DNA from: Alphaproteobacteria bacterium
GTDB lineage: Bacteria > Pseudomonadota > Alphaproteobacteria > M2410
Reading direction: 5' to 3'
Length of the DNA: 64,000 nt
Assembly (NCBI GenBank): GCA_006226305.1
Contig: SBHG01000127.1
Location: 1,367 to 65,366, forward strand
Below are positions 34,583 through 43,065 of this stretch, in pieces. The notes below the pieces were generated by a model. It did not search any database. It saw only the letters and a list, made by a program, of their open reading frames with translations, and was not told where the DNA came from. The first letter of the stretch is position 1, and every line of letters starts with the position of its first letter. The position numbers and the translations under genes were made by a program.

Positions 34583-36672
34583 CTCGCCTTTTCCGCCGGG
34601 GCTTTCATCTCGACCAGGGTCAGAGGCAGCGTGACGCGCACGGTCGTGCCCTGACCCGGTTCTGAGTGTACGTCCAGCTTACCACCCATTTCACGCACGA
34701 GCTGCCGAATCTGAAACCCGCCAATGCCATAGCCGCCCTTCTTGGTACTCTTGAAGGGCTGAAAGAAAATATTCTGGATAAACTCGCGGCTCATGCCGGG
34801 GCCATCATCGCTGATATCAAGAATTGCCTGCTGGTCACGGGTTTCTCCATGAAAGGAGACGGCGCCTTTTTCGCCGACCGCATCCCAGGCGTTTTGCAGA
34901 ATATGACCGAGGGCTGTGCGCAGTTTCTTTTCATCGACCTGGGCCAACATGGTTTCCTCGGGCAAGTCTACTTTCATATTGGCGTGTAGTTTTTGCCAAT
35001 CGTCGGCGACTTGGCGCAAAATTTCATCAAGGGCCACGGGAGACATCTGAACGCGCTCTAAGGGGGCTTCGGAAGAACGCTCCCGAACCGCTGTCAGGTC
35101 CGCCATCATGGATTTCATGCGCGCCACTGAATTGGCAACCGTGTTGATCATGTCTTTCTGAAACTCAGGGTTTTCCCCGTGAACGCGGGCGTTCTGCACC
35201 ATGATCGAAAGCTGATTGACGATATTTTTCATGTCGTGGGCGATGAAGGCAAAGCGTTCGTTGAATTCTTCCAGTTTCTGAACCTGCGACAGCGCCGCCG
35301 CCGCACGTGCCTCGGCAATATAGGAGGCAGCCTGCTGGGATACGGTTTCCAGAAGCTGTTGATCTTCATGGCCGAAATCCCGATTGGCGCGGGGCTGGCC
35401 GAGGGCGAGGATACCTTGCAGAATGCCTTCATGAATAAGGGGCACCAGAAAGGACACCGGCCTGTCATTAATCGTGGCAAAGGAGGCGGTCTGTGTATCG
35501 TCTTTAGAGACCTGACGGATCGACGGGTCCTCGACAAAGAGCCCGACGAGCGCATGGTCCATTTCAAGACTGTCGATGTCCCCCTCAAAGTTCCAGGAAA
35601 CTTCGGGATGAAACGCCTCCCCGCGCGCATCAAGGACCCATAGCAGGGCCGCCGTGCTTTCAAAGATGGAAGCTATGGCGGTGACAATGCGCTGGTTGAG
35701 AGATTGGTCCTCTTCACTGGCGGAGAGGGTACCAATAAAACGCAGCCACTCCTCACGGTAGTCGTATTTAACGCTGTAGAAATTGTCAGAGATAAATCCG
35801 CGCAGCCGGGCGCGCAGAGAACCTGACGCAAAGAGCGATACCAAAAGCACGATGGCGAGACTTAAAAAGACGGTCTGAAAAACCGACCCGGCGTCACCGC
35901 CAATTTGTGCCACATAATAGCCGGCCGCCGAAATAGCCAGAAGGTAGATGCCGGTGCCCATGACCGCGGCGGTGTGAAAAACCATGGTTCGCGAAACATG
36001 CAGGTTGATGGTCCAATATTTGGCGCGCGAGACGGAGATGGCTATGAGCGGCGCGGCAAAGGCGATGACATAGCCACGTGCATCAAACAGCCCCTCGCTC
36101 ATGCGATTGAAGATCACGGCCTCGGCATAGAAGAAAAATTCATAGGCAAAAACAAGACCAAGACCAATGCACAGATATTTCGTTGCCCAGCGCTGATCAA
36201 TGTCGGCATTGCGAAATAGGTTTTCGAGCAGAAAGAGACCAAGGATGGAGAGCGTCAGGCGTGAAAGCCCGCTGAGGAAGAAGTGGCTGTGGCCGCTAAG
36301 CCCCTCGACCAGCAAAAGATCGGCGACAGTGACGTAACCCAAAAGCGCAAGGGGGACAATCAGACCAAAGGCCACCCCCTGCTTTACCCAACTCTCCGCG
36401 CCGCGCCTACTCAGCCCCGTGATCACGATCAAAAAGACTATCCAGGCAAGCGACCGCGCTACCTCGAGCCAGATTGTCAGGGTGGGGTTGATCGTCCATG
36501 CCGCCGCGTCGTCGCCCCATATGATCAAAGCCCAAATGACCGTGGCCAGCGAGGCCATTACAAGCCAAAAGAACTGGCGGCTGCGGGTGCGGGTCATCAA
36601 GGCAAGACCGGCGAGACCGGCAAAGGCCAGCGCGCAAATCAGATAACTGCCCTGGATGATCAGGTCCGCCAT
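34579..36672 (-). CDS. prsK: PEP-CTERM system sensor histidine kinase PrsK
   Basis: About 300 aa polytopic membrane N-terminus, a GAF-like middle region, H-box FAFIAHDMKNIVNQL, and ATP-lid GYGIGGFQIRQLV. Confidence 0.85.
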   Translation of the reverse strand: MADLIIQGSYLICALAFAGLAGLALMTRTRSRQFFWLVMASLATVIWALIIWGDDAAAWTINPTLTIWLEVARSLAWIVFLIVITGLSRRGAESWVKQGVAFGLIVPLALLGYVTVADLLLVEGLSGHSHFFLSGLSRLTLSILGLFLLENLFRNADIDQRWATKYLCIGLGLVFAYEFFFYAEAVIFNRMSEGLFDARGYVIAFAAPLIAISVSRAKYWTINLHVSRTMVFHTAAVMGTGIYLLAISAAGYYVAQIGGDAGSVFQTVFLSLAIVLLVSLFASGSLRARLRGFISDNFYSVKYDYREEWLRFIGTLSASEEDQSLNQRIVTAIASIFESTAALLWVLDARGEAFHPEVSWNFEGDIDSLEMDHALVGLFVEDPSIRQVSKDDTQTASFATINDRPVSFLVPLIHEGILQGILALGQPRANRDFGHEDQQLLETVSQQAASYIAEARAAAALSQVQKLEEFNERFAFIAHDMKNIVNQLSIMVQNARVHGENPEFQKDMINTVANSVARMKSMMADLTAVRERSSEAPLERVQMSPVALDEILRQVADDWQKLHANMKVDLPEETMLAQVDEKKLRTALGHILQNAWDAVGEKGAVSFHGETRDQQAILDISDDGPGMSREFIQNIFFQPFKSTKKGGYGIGGFQIRQLVREMGGKLDVHSEPGQGTTVRVTLPLTLVEMKAPAEKAS

Positions 36673-36680
36673 GGCAGTCC

Positions 36681-38099
36681 CTACCGTGAGCCCACAAGCA
36701 TCAGAACAACACGGACTGTCTGCAAGAGGATGACCAGATCAAGAAACATGCTTTCGTTCTTTACGTAGTAAAGGTCATAAGCAAGCTTGGCCTTGGCGTC
36801 TTCCTTTGAGGCGCCGTAGGGATAGTTGACCTGCGCCCAACCAGTGATCCCCGGCTTGACATTATGGCGCGCCGCGTAAAGCGGGATTTCGCGGGTCAGC
36901 ATGTCAACAAAATAGGGACGTTCGGGGCGTGGCCCGACAAAACTCATATCGCCGCGCAGCACGTTGATAATCTGCGGCAGCTCGTCGATGCGGGTGCGGC
37001 GGATGAAGGCTCCCACCCGCGTGACCCGATCGTCGCCTTTGCCAGCCCATTGCGGCACGCCGTCTTTTTCAGCACTGGTGGTCATGGAACGGAATTTGAT
37101 CACTTTAAAGAGCCGACCATTTTCGCCCACTCGTTCCTGCAAATAGAGACAGGGCCCGTTTGAATCAATGCGAATTGCCAAGGCGGTAAAAAGCAGCAAG
37201 GGAAAGGTAAAGAACAACATGATCGCGGCCAGCGTCACATCAAAGGCGCGCTTGGAGAACTGACGCAGCCAATCGGTGGCAAAACCGTTCGACAAGGCCA
37301 TCCAGCTCGGCTTGACTTCGTCGAGATCGATTTGACCGGCCTCGCGCTCCCAGAACGTGAGATAGTCAGTTACCTCGATGCCGGCCATGCGGCATTCCAG
37401 GAGCTGCCAGATGGGGAGGCCGCGTTGCTCTTTCGAGGCGATAACAATCTCATCGGCATGGGCATCACGTGCCGCCTTGAGGAGTGGGCATTGTCCAACG
37501 GGAAAAGCTTCCGGCACTTCAGCATTTTGCGAACCGAGTACCAGGTCAAACTGATCACGGCCGATAAAACCGGCAGGGGCCAAATGACCCTTGCCTTCGG
37601 TGTTGAGGAAGGACTGCACCCGGGCGGCCATCATGCCATCGCCGAGGACCAGAATGCGGCGCTTGAAAAGCTCACTTTTGGAAAAAGCGACCAGACCAAA
37701 CCGCATGACGATAATGATTGGATAATGAATCACCAGGGTGAATGCGAAAAGGCCCAGATACCATTCAATGTTGACCGGATCGAAACGTGTGTAGACCGGA
37801 AACAGGACCAGACAGGCAAAAATGGTCAGGAGCAGGCCAATACCGGCGCGCTGAAAGAAGGAGCGTACATCGATAAAGACATCCCGGTTGTACATGCCGA
37901 CGGCCGAGAGGCAGAGGAAGGCGACGAAGGTTAAGGTAAACGGCAAGGTCAGGGTCACATGATCCGGTGCATTGTCGGCCAGAAAAGTGCGCGCACCGAC
38001 CCACTGCAGGCCAATGAACATTCCCAAAAAGAGAATTGTTTCAGCGGCTGCCAAAATTGAGACAGGCAAGGCGATGTAATATCGAAACACTTTAAGCAC
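36681..38099 (-). CDS. polyprenyl-phosphate sugar phosphotransferase (priming transferase, PEP-CTERM-locus type)
   Basis: C-terminal bacterial sugar transferase domain: DELPQIINVLRGDMSFVGPRPERP and VKPGITGWAQV. Five N-terminal TM helices. GTG start with GAGGTG upstream. Confidence 0.9.
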   Translation of the reverse strand: MLKVFRYYIALPVSILAAAETILFLGMFIGLQWVGARTFLADNAPDHVTLTLPFTLTFVAFLCLSAVGMYNRDVFIDVRSFFQRAGIGLLLTIFACLVLFPVYTRFDPVNIEWYLGLFAFTLVIHYPIIIVMRFGLVAFSKSELFKRRILVLGDGMMAARVQSFLNTEGKGHLAPAGFIGRDQFDLVLGSQNAEVPEAFPVGQCPLLKAARDAHADEIVIASKEQRGLPIWQLLECRMAGIEVTDYLTFWEREAGQIDLDEVKPSWMALSNGFATDWLRQFSKRAFDVTLAAIMLFFTFPLLLFTALAIRIDSNGPCLYLQERVGENGRLFKVIKFRSMTTSAEKDGVPQWAGKGDDRVTRVGAFIRRTRIDELPQIINVLRGDMSFVGPRPERPYFVDMLTREIPLYAARHNVKPGITGWAQVNYPYGASKEDAKAKLAYDLYYVKNESMFLDLVILLQTVRVVLMLVGSR

Positions 38100-38158
38100 A
38101 AGTCACCTCTTCAGGTGAGTCTTTCACCATTTGCAGCAGTTGGAGACACAAGTCCCGA

Positions 38159-38174
38159 TGCAAGACCCGTGCTA
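38159..38174 (-). promoter_or_regulatory. imperfect sigma-54-like element
   Basis: Minus strand reads TAGCACGggtcTTGCA. It matches GCACG and TTGCA with correct spacing, but the -24 dinucleotide is AG instead of GG. About 60 nt upstream of the priming transferase. Confidence 0.2.
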
Positions 38175-38405
38175 GATTCATAAATCCAGCTTCGGGATAT
38201 GTCGTTTTGATGAAAGTTACCCATGCCCCTGAACTTAAAGGGGGCCCACACCAATTATCCTAAACTCAGTCAAGAACGTTGCAGCATTCTTGAGATCATC
38301 ATAGCAGCATTTTGCCCCATTGGAACCACCTCGGAGCGGCAAAAACCCAGCAGTGTTGCGGATTTGACCCCTTGTTGCAGCTTGAACCCGGTTTTTTGCA
38401 TAAGT

Positions 38406-38439
38406 CGTTAACCTTTCGGCCACGGGTTTATGGTTAACG
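38406..38439. promoter_or_regulatory. 8-bp perfect inverted repeat CGTTAACC-N18-GGTTAACG in a divergent promoter region
   Basis: cgttaacc at 38406-38413 and ggttaacg at 38432-38439. The right arm contains the exact TTAACCAT complement (38430-38437). Confidence 0.3.
38430..38437 (-). promoter_or_regulatory. TTAACCAT octamer (CtrA half-site / SciP-type motif)
   Basis: Plus strand reads atggttaa followed by c, so the minus strand reads GTTAACCAT. 35 nt upstream of the GT4 ATG at 38473. Confidence 0.35.
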
Positions 38440-38472
38440 TGCGGTCAAGGCCATCTGGCGCCCAGGAGACGC

Positions 38473-39678
38473 ATGCGCATCTTAACCTTTTCCACCCTCT
38501 ATCCGAATGCCGCCCAGCCGGTGCACGGGATTTTTGTTGAAAATCGCCTTCGGCATCTCATGGCGGACTGCGGCGTGGAGGCTGTGGTGGTCGCGCCGGT
38601 TCCCTGGTTTCCTTTCAAGTCTGAGCGTTTTAAGACTTATGGCAAATTTGCCCGGGTTCCCTTTAAAGAAGAGCGCCACGGCATTACGGTTTATCACCCC
38701 CGGTATGTTCATCTGCCAAAGGTCGGGATGCATCTGGCGCCCCGATCCATTTACTTAAGATGTCGGCCTTTGATAGCCCGGCTTCTGGATAAGGATGGCC
38801 CGTTTGATCTGATTGATGCGCATTATTTCTACCCGGACGGTGTCGCGGCAGCGATGCTGGCGCGTCATTTTGATCTGCCCCTGACGATTACCGCGCGCGG
38901 AACAGATATCAATCTGATTCCGGAATACCCCGGACCGCGACGCCAGATCCTTAAGGCGGCCGATACCGCAGGTCATCTGATCACCGTTTGCGATGCCCTG
39001 CGCGACCGACTGATAGAGCTTGGGGTCGCACCGCAAAAGATTACCGCGCTGCGCAACGGTGTTGATCTTGACCATTTTCATCCGGGAGGGCGTGAGGAAA
39101 CCCGCGCCAAGCTTGGCCTGACACGTACGACCCTTCTCTCGGTTGGTCATCTCATTGAACGTAAGGGTCATCATCTGGTCATCGAATGTCTTAAGGCGTT
39201 GCCCGATTGCGATCTTCTGATTGCCGGTGACGGGGAGGAGCGCCGCGCGCTTGAGCATTTTGCCGAGCGGCTGCATCTTCAGGACCGGGTCAGGTTTCTC
39301 GGTCAGGTCCCGCATGAGGACTTGCAAAGTATTTACGCGGCGTCGGATGTGCTGATCCTGGCGTCCAGTCGCGAAGGATGGCCGAATGTGCTTTTGGAGG
39401 CCATGGCCTGCGGCACCCCTGTCGTGGCAACCGATGTCTGGGGCTCTGGCGAAGTTGTGCGCTCGCCCATCGCCGGGCGGCTTGCGGCGGCGCGCACCAG
39501 CCATTCCTTAACAGAGTCTTTACAAGACCTTCTCGCCCAATATCCAGACCGGTCGGAGGTGCGTCAATACGCGGAGGGTTTTAGTTGGGAGGCCACCTCA
39601 CGCGGACAATTTGACATCTTTAACCGACTGATCGCTCCGTCTGCAGATTCAAGACGTCATAAAAACGCGTTCACTTAA
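38473..39678 (+). CDS. glycosyltransferase family 4
   Basis: MRILTFSTLYPN... N-terminus. C-terminal SSREGWPNVLLEAMACGTPVVATDVWG. GGAG lies 4 nt before the ATG. Confidence 0.85.
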   Translation: MRILTFSTLYPNAAQPVHGIFVENRLRHLMADCGVEAVVVAPVPWFPFKSERFKTYGKFARVPFKEERHGITVYHPRYVHLPKVGMHLAPRSIYLRCRPLIARLLDKDGPFDLIDAHYFYPDGVAAAMLARHFDLPLTITARGTDINLIPEYPGPRRQILKAADTAGHLITVCDALRDRLIELGVAPQKITALRNGVDLDHFHPGGREETRAKLGLTRTTLLSVGHLIERKGHHLVIECLKALPDCDLLIAGDGEERRALEHFAERLHLQDRVRFLGQVPHEDLQSIYAASDVLILASSREGWPNVLLEAMACGTPVVATDVWGSGEVVRSPIAGRLAAARTSHSLTESLQDLLAQYPDRSEVRQYAEGFSWEATSRGQFDIFNRLIAPSADSRRHKNAFT

Positions 39679-39720
39679 AGCTTTGTTAACTGGCGCGGGG
39701 CACTATCAGGTCAGATCTTG

Positions 39721-39728
39721 TTAACCAT
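39721..39728 (+). promoter_or_regulatory. TTAACCAT octamer (CtrA half-site / SciP-type motif)
   Basis: gTTAACCATg in the gap between convergent genes. It overlaps the ATG at 39727 of a small ORF. Confidence 0.35.
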
Positions 39729-39909
39729 GCTTCTTCAAGACTTAACGCCCATGATGACATTTCCTAAAGCCCATACGGTCGACCCGCAGCGTCTGACCCA
39801 ATTGAAAAAAGGCGAACAGCTTTCGCTTGGCACCAGTGTTTTGATCTGGTGTGGGCTGTCGGTGATTTCCTGGGCGGTCTTTATTTTTGGCGCGCTGCAG
39901 CTCGTTTAA
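39727..39909 (+). CDS. possible small membrane protein (about 50-60 aa, single C-terminal TM helix)
   Basis: ORF 39718..39909. The C-terminus LSLGTSVLIWCGLSVISWAVFIFGALQLV is a plausible TM helix. Alternative starts are TTG 39718 and ATG 39748. No homology recognised. The 3' end overlaps the asnB-like stop. Confidence 0.3.
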   Translation: MLLQDLTPMMTFPKAHTVDPQRLTQLKKGEQLSLGTSVLIWCGLSVISWAVFIFGALQLV

Positions 39910-41795
39910 CTCTCTTCGAGCCCCTGCAAAAACACATCAAAAACAAAAATAAGCCAGATGGCCCGCGAATGATCGCGCAGGCCTGTGCCATGCTCACGCG
40001 CCATTTTCTCAAGGGCCGCCATATCGAAATAGCCGGTGGCCGCGAGGCGGTCGCCGTTTAAGGTTTTCTCCATTTCCTCCCTTAAAGGCCCTCGGAACCA
40101 GTCCGCCAGCGGTACGGAAAACCCTTGCTTGGGTCGATAAAGAATGTCGCCGGGAAGCTTGTCCTCCATGGCCTTTTTCAAAACCATTTTACCTTGCCCC
40201 TCGGCAATCTTGGTTTGAGCGGGCAGGCGCATGCCGAACTCAGCCATGCGGTAGTCTAGGAAAGGCGCGCGCAGCTCCAACGACACCGCCATGGAGGTGC
40301 GATCCGCCTTAACCAGAATATCACCTGGCAACCAGGTCTTCAGGTCAACATATTGCGCGCGGCGCAGGGGATCGCCCGTTGGCGCCGCGGCAAAGTGACC
40401 TCGAATATGGTCGAGCGCCTGATAGTCTTCGAGTTGTTCTTTAAAACGCTCTGAGAAGATGCGGCCTCTGTCCTCATCGCTCATGGCGCTGACGGAATTA
40501 AAATAGGCTTCTTCCTCGCTCATGGCCAATTCCGCAAAGGTGGTTTTGGCCCGCAGGAAACGCGGCGCCCAATCCGCCTTGGGATATAGTTTGGCCAGGG
40601 TCCCAAAGAGCGCCTTGCGCAGAGCCTGTGGCAGTTTTGATTTGAGCCGTTCCTGGGTGAGGTGAAACCGGTGGCGCCGGTAACCGCCAAAGACCTCATC
40701 GCCCCCATCGCCAGACAGACATACGGTGACCTCTTGCCGGGCAGCCTCACAGACCCGGTAGGTGGGAAGCGCGGAGGCGTCGCCAAATGGTTCATCAAAG
40801 ATGTCGCCGAGATGCTGGATAAGAGAGAAGTCATCCGGATCGACCTCACGCACATGGTGATCGGTATGATAGAGATCTGCTATTTTTTGCGCATAGGCGC
40901 GCTCGTCAAAGTCCTTGTGACCAAAACCGATGGAAAAGGTCTTGACCGGTTCAGTGCCAAGCTCGGACATGGTTGCGACGATGGCGCTTGAATCAACGCC
41001 GCCAGACAGAAAGGCACCGAGCGGCACGTCTGAAATCAGACGTCCCTTTACCGCATCCGATAAAAGTTCCTTCAGGGTTTGGCGGGACACCTCTGGCGCA
41101 ATGTCTGTTTCGTCGCGCGGAATATGCCAATAGTGGCACAGTTCAGGTTCCGCGCCCCGGCGCCATTTGAGCCAATGGGCGGCCGGCAGTTTTTTAACGG
41201 AGCTGAAAATACATTTAGGCTCTGGCACATATCCGAAAGCAAAAAAGTCCTCAACGGCTTGCGGATCGATCGTCCGGTCAAAGCTTGGATCTTCCCTGAG
41301 AGCCTTGAGTTCAGAGCCCACCAAAACATGCCCGTCCGGGCGCTGCGTGTAATAGAGCGGTTTTTTACCCAGCCGATCACGGGCCATGAAAAATGTATCG
41401 TCGCGACCGTCCCAAAGGACAAAGGCAAACATGCCCTGGAGGCGGGATACAGCCTCCGCACCCCAGTGCACCCAGGCCCTCAAGATCACTTCTGTATCTG
41501 AGCGGGTCTTGAAAGTGACACCCTCGGATTTCAATTCGCGCGTGATCTCCTGAAAGTTATAGATCTCGCCGTTAAAGACGATCACGACCTGACCGTCTTC
41601 CACATACATGGGCTGATGCCCGCCCTCTACGTCGATGATGGAAAGGCGGCGATGCCCAAGACCAATGCCGGGACCGATGTGCCTATCGCTGCCATCGGGA
41701 CCGCGATGGGCCAGGCGATCGGTCATGGCCTGTAGGAGCGCCTCATCGATGGGCCCGGCATTCTGGCTGTTAAAAATGGCTGTCAGTCCGCACAT
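39906..41795 (-). CDS. asparagine synthetase (glutamine-hydrolysing)-type amidotransferase, exosortase A-locus type
   Basis: MCGLTAIF provides the N-terminal Cys nucleophile. LSGGVDSS is the PP-loop. 629 aa, immediately downstream of xrtA. Confidence 0.9.
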   Translation of the reverse strand: MCGLTAIFNSQNAGPIDEALLQAMTDRLAHRGPDGSDRHIGPGIGLGHRRLSIIDVEGGHQPMYVEDGQVVIVFNGEIYNFQEITRELKSEGVTFKTRSDTEVILRAWVHWGAEAVSRLQGMFAFVLWDGRDDTFFMARDRLGKKPLYYTQRPDGHVLVGSELKALREDPSFDRTIDPQAVEDFFAFGYVPEPKCIFSSVKKLPAAHWLKWRRGAEPELCHYWHIPRDETDIAPEVSRQTLKELLSDAVKGRLISDVPLGAFLSGGVDSSAIVATMSELGTEPVKTFSIGFGHKDFDERAYAQKIADLYHTDHHVREVDPDDFSLIQHLGDIFDEPFGDASALPTYRVCEAARQEVTVCLSGDGGDEVFGGYRRHRFHLTQERLKSKLPQALRKALFGTLAKLYPKADWAPRFLRAKTTFAELAMSEEEAYFNSVSAMSDEDRGRIFSERFKEQLEDYQALDHIRGHFAAAPTGDPLRRAQYVDLKTWLPGDILVKADRTSMAVSLELRAPFLDYRMAEFGMRLPAQTKIAEGQGKMVLKKAMEDKLPGDILYRPKQGFSVPLADWFRGPLREEMEKTLNGDRLAATGYFDMAALEKMAREHGTGLRDHSRAIWLIFVFDVFLQGLEES

Positions 41796-41801
41796 AAGCG
41801 A

Positions 41802-42872
41802 TCAATGTCCCTGTAAGACGGCGGGGGAACGGGCCTTGATGCCAAGATCAGGCGTACCCAGGACGACGTCATAAAGCGGCAGGAGGGCGAGCGCGATGGC
41901 GGCCAGGACCGTGACGCCAAGGATCCGGCGCAAAGGATGCGGTGTCAGATCCGCGCTGGGTGGGCCTTCCTCGGACAGGTCGTCCCGGGGCGTATCCGGG
42001 TCGGCAAAGCGCAACCCCACCCACCCCATGAGGCCCAGAACCACCAGGAAAAAACCCCAGCCATAAAGCAAATGATCGTCAACGATGTCGATCTGCCGGT
42101 CGGTGAATTCCGCCAGAGCAATAATCGCAAAAATCCGAAACGCATTGGCAAAGACCGAAGCAACAAGGGCAATCGCCACTGCGATAAGCCGCTTGCGCAT
42201 GGAGGCATAAACGAAAGTTGCATAAAGCGGAGCAAGCGCCAGGGTCGACAGGATGAAGTTAAGACCGGAGCATCCCTCGGCGACAAGATAGTCGCCGGTG
42301 GTGACCGAGATGAGCGTGCCCTCGGCAAAGACGGGAATGCCGCTTACCCACAAAAGCCAAGCGGAGATGTCCGTGGCAAGTTTCTGCAAAACCGGAAAGA
42401 AAAGCGTGCCGGTTGGCACCATGAGCCAGAGGTAATTCATGGGCAACAGCAGGGCCCAGTAAAGCCGCCAGCCTAAAAGCGTCACGACAATCGCCTGAAA
42501 CAGGCCGACAATCAGAAAGTGCTCTCCTTCCATGATGCCCATGGCATGAACCACAAACCAGAGCGCGGAGGCCGCCAACAGCCCCGGCAGACCCGGTAAC
42601 CAGGGGCGGGGCACCAGCGGCGCGAGAACGGCGCGGCGATCCCAGATAAGATAGGCGGCAATCGGAATGATCAGAAACCCGTGATTATAGGAGGAGCGGT
42701 GCGCCCATAGGTAAACGGCATTGGCAACCGCCGGCCAATAGAGCAGAACCGTCCAGAAAAAAAGCACGGCCAGACAGGCAAGCGTTGGCGCCCAGAGCCG
42801 CAGCGCTGGAGGCCAATTTACCATAAGACTGTCCGCCCACTTGACCGGGCCGAGATCAGGATCCGTTGTCAT
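41802..42872 (-). CDS. xrtA: exosortase A (XrtA/EpsH)
   Basis: Conserved exosortase residues in context: VAEGCSGLNFI (Cys), FANAFRIFAI (Arg) and DDHLLYGWGFF (His). Polytopic membrane protein. The start is uncertain: ATG 42872, ATG 42824 or TTG 42959. Confidence 0.85.
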   Translation of the reverse strand: MTTDPDLGPVKWADSLMVNWPPALRLWAPTLACLAVLFFWTVLLYWPAVANAVYLWAHRSSYNHGFLIIPIAAYLIWDRRAVLAPLVPRPWLPGLPGLLAASALWFVVHAMGIMEGEHFLIVGLFQAIVVTLLGWRLYWALLLPMNYLWLMVPTGTLFFPVLQKLATDISAWLLWVSGIPVFAEGTLISVTTGDYLVAEGCSGLNFILSTLALAPLYATFVYASMRKRLIAVAIALVASVFANAFRIFAIIALAEFTDRQIDIVDDHLLYGWGFFLVVLGLMGWVGLRFADPDTPRDDLSEEGPPSADLTPHPLRRILGVTVLAAIALALLPLYDVVLGTPDLGIKARSPAVLQGH

Positions 42873-42912
42873 TCTTCCAATCGACACGCGCAGCTTGCCG
42901 CCTGTCCCAGAT

Positions 42913-42928
42913 CGGCACAGGCATCGCT
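42913..42928 (+). promoter_or_regulatory. weak sigma-54-type candidate facing the stp1-like GT4 gene
   Basis: cGGCACaggcaTCGCt has GG-N10-GC spacing and a good -24 box, but a degenerate -12 box (TCGC). It is intergenic only if xrtA starts at 42872. Confidence 0.2.
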
Positions 42929-42991
42929 TGCCTAACAGCAAAGGCCGCGGGTCCTCCAATTGCAGCAGCAGGTTCCGTTACCGGAAATTCT

Positions 42992-43007
42992 TGCAAGATT
43001 GATACCT
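42992..43007 (-). promoter_or_regulatory. sigma-54-type -24/-12 promoter candidate
   Basis: Minus strand reads aGGTATcaatcTTGCA with exact GG-N10-GC spacing. Upstream of xrtA. Confidence 0.4.
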
Positions 43008-43065
43008 GAAATCTAGCACCAAGATGGTTCTTTTTTTACCAACTCGCCCTATAGTTCGACCCACT

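Noticed and set aside
38383-38409. TGAAC-N18-CGTT resembling the alphaproteobacterial general-stress (EcfG) promoter GGAAC-N16/17-CGTT
   Set aside because: The first base of the -35 box is wrong and the spacer is one nucleotide too long.
38755-39504. 249-aa minus-strand ORF
   Set aside because: It is antisense to a GT4 gene with a clear E-x7-E region. It is an Arg-rich shadow frame.
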